A stretch of 21,461 bases of DNA from a bacterium. Lineage in GTDB: Bacteria; SZUA-182; DTGQ01; JAFGSM01. The stretch is from positions 1 through 21,461 of the forward strand of contig JBLIRO010000077.1 of assembly GCA_049472335.1 (NCBI GenBank). Direction: 5' to 3'. The notes under the pieces are model-generated. The model saw only the letters and a program-made list of their open reading frames with translations, was not told the DNA's origin and did not search any database. Each line of letters starts with the position of its first letter. The first letter of the stretch is position 1. The position numbers and the translations under genes are program-made. Shown here piece by piece: positions 1 through 6,462 of this stretch.

Positions 1-51
1 CGGCCTGTGCCATTTCGCTTCCCCCGCGACAGCGGGCCAGTCCAACCATAT

Positions 52-192
52 GATTATCAGGCCGTTTTTACCTGATAATCCCCTTTTTGGCATGTTATCA
101 GGTAAAAAGTTCCTGATAATTTTTTATCAGGCCAATTTTACCTGATAAGTTTAAAATTCCCTTATTATCAGGTATATTTTACCTGATAATAA
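52..192. repeat. Array of four palindromes TTATCAGG-N9-CCTGATAA
   Basis: Cores at 54-78, 95-119, 124-148 and 165-189; 8-bp arms identical in all four, spacer always 9 nt; arms extend to 10 bp in unit 1 and 11 bp in unit 4. Confidence 0.9.
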
Positions 193-481
193 TGACCATA
201 TATATGAACTTAAAACTTTTAATCAAATTTTAAAGTTTCTATATAAAAAGGAATTTCCAAAAAATAAAAGCCTGATTCTCAAAGATCCCTAAACTCTTTA
301 TATAACCAGAGTTAAGATTAAATTTAACATATCATAAGGGATATAAGGTATCAAAAGCAAAAGGCTTTTATGCTAAAGACCTACCATTTTATGTATTAAA
401 TCTACAATACGATGCGACTTCATTACTCAATTCATACAGAGTATAGCCATTGTGATTGGATTAAGCATTTTGCTCATTTTC

Positions 482-519
482 ATTATATGATTGGGAGAAA
501 ATTATATGCTTGGGAGAAA
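482..519. repeat. Tandem 19-bp duplication ATTATATG(A/C)TTGGGAGAAA x2
   Basis: 482-500 and 501-519 differ at one position. Confidence 0.8.
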
Positions 520-642
520 AGGTTGAAAAAAGTGTGAAACAAAATCGAAGCATCCCTTACACAACAGGTAGTTATTGTTGATATTTTTTCATAAGATCAT
601 CTTCTGATCCATTCTCAGCCTATAAAAATCTTCATCAACTCA

Positions 643-1713
643 TTATTGGAATTGTTTTGGGGATAGGTTATGTTTTTTCAGAAGGTTCCATAGGGCCGTG
701 CGGCTCTTTCCTGACCTTCTGGCGGCGCTGACCACGTCTCCCCTGTGTTTAGTCAAGAGCTGGACGAGGTAGCCTTTTTCAAAAGAATTGATGGCTCTTG
801 TTTTAGCATCCTTAAAGTATCCGAGTTCAGATTCATTGGAGATTTGCTTCTTTACGGGAAATTGAATATTTTCAAGGCTTATTTCACTCGAAAGAGACAT
901 TACAACTAACTGCTGTATCTTATTCTCAAGCTCTCTTACATTTCCAGGCCATGAATAAGAGACAAAGGCATCCATGGCATCTTTGGAAATCCCTTTTATG
1001 GATTTATTATATTCTCCGGAGTATTTATTTACGAAATGCTCAACCAGGACCGGAATATCATCTTTTCTCTCAGACAATGGAGGTATATATAAGGAAACAA
1101 TGTTTAATCTGTAAAAGAGGTCTTCCCTGAAGCCGCCTTTCTCGACAAGGCTTAAAAGGTCTTTGTTTGTGGCGGCAATTATCCTGATATTAGCCTTATG
1201 GGATTTTGAATCCCCAAGCGGTTTATACTCCCTATCCTGCAACAGACGAAGAAATTTTACCTGGACATAGGGGCTGACAGCCCCTATTTCGTCCAGGAAT
1301 AATGTGCCCCCCTCGGCCTCCTTCACAAGGCCGATCTGTTGAAAATGAGCATCCGTAAAGGCGCCTTTTACATGGCCAAAGAGCTCATTTTCGAAAAGAT
1401 GTTCCGGAATGGCGCCACAATTAACAGGGATAAAAGGTTTTGAAGCCCTGTAGCTTAAGTAATGAATGGCCCTGGCTACAAGCTCCTTTCCCGTGCCGCT
1501 TTCACCCGATATTAAGACATTAACATCACACAAAGATATTTGATCTATCTTTTTATGGAGTTCCCTGATGATCTTACTCTTTCCCAAAATCTTCTTTAGC
1601 CCGAACTCTCTCTTTATTGACTGTTTTACTTCCTCATATTCCCCGGAGACTCCTTTTGTGTTGATGTATCTTTTATTTTCACTACTCTCATCTTTGGGTG
1701 TTGACATATCCAT
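643..1713 (-). CDS. Sigma-54-dependent transcriptional activator (bEBP; AAA+ plus Fis-type HTH) without an N-terminal regulatory domain
   Basis: Walker A GESGTGKE, ELFGHVKGAFTDA (GAFTGA-like loop), Walker B LFLDEIG, FREDLFYRL, WPGNVRELEN, C-terminal HTH (GDVVSAARRSGKSRTALWNLLKK). Confidence 0.95.
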   Translation of the reverse strand: MDMSTPKDESSENKRYINTKGVSGEYEEVKQSIKREFGLKKILGKSKIIRELHKKIDQISLCDVNVLISGESGTGKELVARAIHYLSYRASKPFIPVNCGAIPEHLFENELFGHVKGAFTDAHFQQIGLVKEAEGGTLFLDEIGAVSPYVQVKFLRLLQDREYKPLGDSKSHKANIRIIAATNKDLLSLVEKGGFREDLFYRLNIVSLYIPPLSERKDDIPVLVEHFVNKYSGEYNKSIKGISKDAMDAFVSYSWPGNVRELENKIQQLVVMSLSSEISLENIQFPVKKQISNESELGYFKDAKTRAINSFEKGYLVQLLTKHRGDVVSAARRSGKSRTALWNLLKKHNLSPKQFQ

Positions 1714-1911
1714 TTTGAGAATATTTATATTACCTGTAATTATTTAAAACTTTATGAAGTTGCCTAACAGGATCGGATTTTTTAAACTATTAACATATAA
1801 TTCATGAAAGGTCAATACGATTTTATGGTATAACTATATCGAAATCAATTAAATTTTAAAAATGGGATTTGAATGAGGCCCCAAAAAAAATTTCCGGATA
1901 TTTTTTGAATA

Positions 1912-1941
1912 TTGACAAACACCATAGCTATTTCATATAAT
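1912..1941 (+). promoter_or_regulatory. Sigma-70-type promoter TTGACA-N18-TATAAT
   Basis: TTGACA at 1912-1917 and TATAAT at 1936-1941; a second TATAAT at 1943-1948. The region is AT-rich, so a chance match is possible. Confidence 0.6.
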
Positions 1942-2522
1942 GTATAATATATTTAATAGGATAAAAGGCCGGACCCTTTTTGAAATATATAATAATTTAG
2001 AAAATTTTACATAACAATTGAGTGAGTTTTTAAAACTCAATATAAGATAGATAAGACATGTCAAACGACCTTTTATTCCTAATATATCAGGTTTTCTTTT
2101 AAATAGAATAATCTTTATTCATTAGAGTTTACCCCTTTTTTTCATCTTCGTTTTATTCGTGTTCAATACAGGGCATATTTTTTATTGTTTGAATTGATTG
2201 TTATATTTGAAATCAATTTTGCTCAAAATATATTACAAGATATCTTTATTTCGTTTTTATCAGAATTGATAAATAAGTAAAAAGTTATTACAGGTGCCAG
2301 ACCTTGTATTTTTTATTAAAGGTCCTTGAAAGAGCGAGATCCTGGGCTTTAAGAACAGGAATGGCTTTTTGAGAATCCATTAGATTTTATTTTGATTTTA
2401 AAATCCGTGTTTGCCATTTTGGGGAAGCGGGATATTTATAAAGGTCAAAAGGTAATCGCGTTCATAATTTAAGTTTGTATTTAATCTTTGCATGAGATAG
2501 ATATCATGTGTAGGAGGAATAC

Positions 2523-3008
2523 ATGCCCAAAATCCTTATCGTTTATTACTCAAAACTCGGACATACTAAAAAGATGGCTAAATTTATCGAAAATGGAGCC
2601 AAAGAAGAAGGCATGACTGTATTATGCAAGAGTGTCGCTGAAACCTGCATCAATGATCTTGTCGAAGCTGATGGCATAATCATCGGATCACCGACATACT
2701 ATGGATCCATGGCAGCTCCCGTAAAGGAGCTATTTGACAAGAGTATCTCCTGCCATGGGAAATTGTCAGGAAAGGTTGGAGGTGCGTTTACTTCCTCCGC
2801 CTATATAGCCGGAGGGAATGAGACAACTATCCTGGACATTCTTCATGCCATGTTGGTACATGGGATGATAATACAGGGAGATTGCAGCACGGATCATTTT
2901 GGGCCGGTGGCGTTAAACAGTCCTGATGAAATTTGCAGGGAAAAATGCGAAAGATTCGGAAGAAGGATATCACATCTCACAAAGTCAATTTACAATCTCA
3001 ATCTATGA
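2523..3008 (+). CDS. Flavodoxin-family / WrbA-like NAD(P)H-dependent oxidoreductase
   Basis: YYSKLGHTKKMA FMN phosphate loop, GSPTYYGSMA, GKVGGAFTSS, GGNETT; AGGAGG RBS just upstream. Confidence 0.9.
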   Translation: MPKILIVYYSKLGHTKKMAKFIENGAKEEGMTVLCKSVAETCINDLVEADGIIIGSPTYYGSMAAPVKELFDKSISCHGKLSGKVGGAFTSSAYIAGGNETTILDILHAMLVHGMIIQGDCSTDHFGPVALNSPDEICREKCERFGRRISHLTKSIYNLNL

Positions 3009-3103
3009 TGATGAAAAAATGAATATAAGATAAGGCCGTAAAAAGTCTTTGAAGGAATCATTTTGTTGTTTAAGCTCAAACCCAATCAAGAGCGGAGATA
3101 CAA

Positions 3104-3700
3104 ATGACTGATCAAGAAAAAACAGGTGTGACGAAGAAGTTTTGGCTGGAGAATTTTATCAAGAAGATATTTATAAAATACAATCGGGTGCCACTAAAAC
3201 ACCTGTTAAGTCTGAATATGTTTTTTGTTATGCTCGGGATCGCCTGCCTGGCCATATCATCCATTCTGACCTTTTTGAAGGCCTTTGTGGAAACCATGTT
3301 TTTTGTTTCCGGAGAACATGAATTTATTGAACATATTCTTCCCAAATTTATGATTGGTCATCTTCCCACTGAATTTAACGCTGTGCTTTGTAAGATACTT
3401 GAGACGAGCCTTATAGGTGTGATCCTTTTTATCTGTGCTGTGGGTTTATATTTTCTTTTCTGGAAGGATATCAATGTGCCCCATTGGCTCCAGTTTACGG
3501 ACGTCAATCAACTGAAAGAAAAACTGATCGGGATAATAGTCACGGTTTTAGGGGTTACTTTTTTGGAGCATACCCTGGAGTGGTCCAATCCCAATGAAAC
3601 ATTGATGTATGGTGCGGCCATTTCCATGATAATCATTGTATTGGTTGTATATATGAAGGTATTGACAGCCGGGCACCATGCGGAAAGGCATAAGAAATGA
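3104..3700 (+). CDS. YqhA / UPF0114-family inner membrane protein
   Basis: About four hydrophobic segments; GLYFLF and PHWLQFTDVNQLKEKLIGIIVTVLGVTFLE resemble the UPF0114 signature; GGAG RBS upstream. Confidence 0.75.
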   Translation: MTDQEKTGVTKKFWLENFIKKIFIKYNRVPLKHLLSLNMFFVMLGIACLAISSILTFLKAFVETMFFVSGEHEFIEHILPKFMIGHLPTEFNAVLCKILETSLIGVILFICAVGLYFLFWKDINVPHWLQFTDVNQLKEKLIGIIVTVLGVTFLEHTLEWSNPNETLMYGAAISMIIIVLVVYMKVLTAGHHAERHKK

Positions 3701-6402
3701 TCAAGACATCTGCTGAAAACCTGATGGCAAGAGCAAAAAGGGCTTATAAAAAAGGCAATCATAAGGAAGCCCTTTCCAATCTGTTACGCCTGGACGATCT
3801 CAAGATGGATCTCATATGGAAATTCGAAGCCGGCAAAGCCATTAGCTGCCTGTGTATCGCGAAACATGCCAGGGCGTGGGAAGAGCAAACACAAATCATA
3901 GTAGGTTCCGAGGATAATATGGTCTATTCCATCTCCATGGAAAATGAATTGCTCTGGAAATTTGAGGCTGAGGATGAGATAACTTCCGTTATGGCACTGG
4001 ATTTGACCAAGGATTTCTCCCACGAGATCATTGTAGGATCAAAGGATTGTAATATATATGTCCTTAATTCAACGGGTGAATTACTCTGGAAATACAAAAT
4101 CGACAAACCCATCCAGTGTATAACAGGAACAAGAAAGGACGGAAAAAGCATTTTTGTTGTAGGGACCTTTGGGGGGGCCATCTATTTTCTGGAATATAAG
4201 GAAAATATCTTTTGGGAATATTTTCATAAAAATAGCCGGGAGATAACCGGCCTCTGTCTGGCCAATCTGGTTCAGGACGGAGATGATGAATTGATTGCCG
4301 TAACCGACAACGGCGATATTATTATTCTTGATTATAAAAAGAGACTTTTAAAAAGGGAGATGCATTTAAATACATCTCTCTATGGGGTCCTGGCGAAAGA
4401 CATAGACAACAACGGGGCAAATGAAATACTGGTATGTTCTGAAAACGCTCAGGTTTATTGTTTGGATGCGTATGGACATATGAAATGGCAATATCAGACC
4501 AAGGATTCTGTTTATTCCATACATTGCTGTGATATTGATAATGATAATGATATGGAAGTAATCCTTGGGACCCGTGACAATTATGTCTATGTTATAGATT
4601 CACAGGGCAATTTCAAATGGCGGTATCAGACGGACCATAATGTCTGGAGTGTTTTTACCGCCCCCATTACCCATGAAAAATTTTATGATCTTTTCGCCGG
4701 TTTAAGTAACCGTAACCTTTATCATTACAAATTAATAGACAATAAAAACACCCGCGCGAAGATTGATAAATCTTACCTGAGCCTTTTAAGCTCCGGCCGT
4801 GATGAATTTGAATTGTTGGCTGAGTTCTCCAAGGATACTGATGAATACTTCAGGAAGTTTGCAATAGAGACAATGGCAAAGTTTGTAAACGAAAATCAAC
4901 TGAGGCCCAAAATACTCGAATGCATAGAAAGGCTTCTGGAAGATAACTCTCCCCTTGTCAGAAGCGCGGCGATAAAAACCATCATAAAACTTACGGATTA
5001 TGAACCCGAAATGATTATTTTAAAGCTCCTCAACAAACTTCGCTGTGAGGATAACGAGGAGGTCAGGAACAGTCTGATCGAATGCATCGCGCAGGATTAT
5101 TCACGCACTATCAAACAAAACAGAAAAATCGAATTGCTCGAATGTCTGCACATCTTAAATAAACATTGGAAGGAAAAGGATTTTGCCCTGAATCATAATA
5201 TGTTCGAACGCTCCAAAGAAAAATTCGAAACAGGGAACTTCAAGGACGCCTTAAGGGATTTCGAACTATTAAAAGAGAGAGGGCTGGATCTCTTATGGAA
5301 AACAAAGACAAAGGGTTTTGTTTGCTCAGTGGCCGCTGAGGACATAGACGGGGATGGATTCAATGAAATCGCTATTACATCGAGCAAGCATATGCTATAT
5401 CTATTTGACCACACCGGGCAGCAAAGATGGGTCAACGAAATCGGCGGATTCAGAAACAGTGTCAAAATAGACGACATAGACGGGGATGGTTCTTTTGAGA
5501 TCATTTTAGGTTGCAGCGACGGCACCTTTACTATTTATGATCCGGATGGAAAGAAAAAAAACAGTGTATCCATTAATCATAAAATGAATTGTTTTTCCCT
5601 GCTGAAAAACGTCAATGGACCCTGGAAGGATATCGTATGCGGATGTACGAATGGTTATATCCACTGTCTAGATCTTACAAATAAAGAAATCTGGAGATTC
5701 AGGATTGGCTCACGAATCCTCAGGATCGAAGTCGGGGATATAGATGGAGACAAACATGAAGAGGTAATCATAGGAACACTTCATGGGCATTTATATGTTT
5801 TAGACTCCAAAGGCAAAACAAAGTGGGTATGGAAAGGCGATGACGACATTGAATCAATAGTTGCGGTTGACTTTGAGGAGGAAAAGAAACCATCCCTGAT
5901 TGTAGGAACCAGGAATGGCAGAATATACGCCCTGGATTCCAAAGGCAAGGAGAGATTGATTAAACAGCTCAACGCCAATTTATCGGATATAGCCATCAAT
6001 GATATAAACAGCGATGGCCAAAGAGAAATGATCGTCGCGGATCAATCCAATTATATCTCACTGATCGATAAGACGGGAAATAAAAAGAGCTATACCATCT
6101 GTATCAGCAGCGGGACCGTAACTTGTCTGGCATGTTGTGATATCGAGAAAGACGGCTATCAGGAGTTAATCATCGGCGCTGAAGATGATTATATCTATCT
6201 CTATCGCATACTGAAATTGGATGAAATCGATAAATATATCGAAGACAGCAAGGAAAGGATCTCTAAAATCGAAAACAAGGTGAGTTTTTTCCGTAAAGAG
6301 GTGTTCAGATTTATTAAGGACAATCTGGAAATGAATTACGCGACCCCGAAAAAGATCCTTTTGCTTGGTTATCTGGGGACCGGCAAAAGCGATTTGTTGT
6401 GA
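3697..6402 (+). CDS. N-terminal part of the split gene: two FG-GAP/PQQ-like beta-propellers flanking HEAT repeats, ending just after a Walker A motif
   Basis: Repeated blades with DIDxDG...EII(V/L)G...(Y/L)xLD..G..xW motifs; HEAT-like DTDEYFRKFA, DNSPLVRSAA, EDNEEVRNSL; GYLGTGKS three residues before the stop; ATGA overlap with the yqhA-like gene. Confidence 0.85.
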   Translation: MIKTSAENLMARAKRAYKKGNHKEALSNLLRLDDLKMDLIWKFEAGKAISCLCIAKHARAWEEQTQIIVGSEDNMVYSISMENELLWKFEAEDEITSVMALDLTKDFSHEIIVGSKDCNIYVLNSTGELLWKYKIDKPIQCITGTRKDGKSIFVVGTFGGAIYFLEYKENIFWEYFHKNSREITGLCLANLVQDGDDELIAVTDNGDIIILDYKKRLLKREMHLNTSLYGVLAKDIDNNGANEILVCSENAQVYCLDAYGHMKWQYQTKDSVYSIHCCDIDNDNDMEVILGTRDNYVYVIDSQGNFKWRYQTDHNVWSVFTAPITHEKFYDLFAGLSNRNLYHYKLIDNKNTRAKIDKSYLSLLSSGRDEFELLAEFSKDTDEYFRKFAIETMAKFVNENQLRPKILECIERLLEDNSPLVRSAAIKTIIKLTDYEPEMIILKLLNKLRCEDNEEVRNSLIECIAQDYSRTIKQNRKIELLECLHILNKHWKEKDFALNHNMFERSKEKFETGNFKDALRDFELLKERGLDLLWKTKTKGFVCSVAAEDIDGDGFNEIAITSSKHMLYLFDHTGQQRWVNEIGGFRNSVKIDDIDGDGSFEIILGCSDGTFTIYDPDGKKKNSVSINHKMNCFSLLKNVNGPWKDIVCGCTNGYIHCLDLTNKEIWRFRIGSRILRIEVGDIDGDKHEEVIIGTLHGHLYVLDSKGKTKWVWKGDDDIESIVAVDFEEEKKPSLIVGTRNGRIYALDSKGKERLIKQLNANLSDIAINDINSDGQREMIVADQSNYISLIDKTGNKKSYTICISSGTVTCLACCDIEKDGYQELIIGAEDDYIYLYRILKLDEIDKYIEDSKERISKIENKVSFFRKEVFRFIKDNLEMNYATPKKILLLGYLGTGKSDLL

Positions 6403-6462
6403 CAGATCAACTCCGGATGTCTGGGGGAAGAATACATACCTGTTTATATAAGCCTGCAATAT

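Noticed and set aside
1..93. Possible minus-strand gene start running off the left edge (MPKRGLSGKNGLIIIWLDWPAVAGEAKWHRP or MVGLARCRGG...)
   Set aside because: Too short to assess, overlaps the palindrome array and has no clear RBS.
52..192. CRISPR array interpretation of the palindromes
   Set aside because: Gaps between cores are only 16, 4 and 16 nt, the variable part lies inside the repeat, and there are no cas genes in the window.
2280..2300. Sigma-54 promoter on the minus strand (CTGGCAC)
   Set aside because: No TTGC -12 element at the required spacing; the same applies to TGGCAT near 88 and to minus-strand TGGCAC near 10222-10227.
2285..2440. Cobalamin riboswitch suggested by CAGGTGCC...GGGAAG
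   Set aside because: The core elements (AGGGAA-CCGGTG, GCCACTG, B12 box) are absent.
6400..6430. Selenocysteine recoding of the in-frame TGA
   Set aside because: The position is the helix after Walker A, not a redox Cys site; the downstream CAGA...TCTG pairing is weak and not a convincing SECIS. Not formally excluded.
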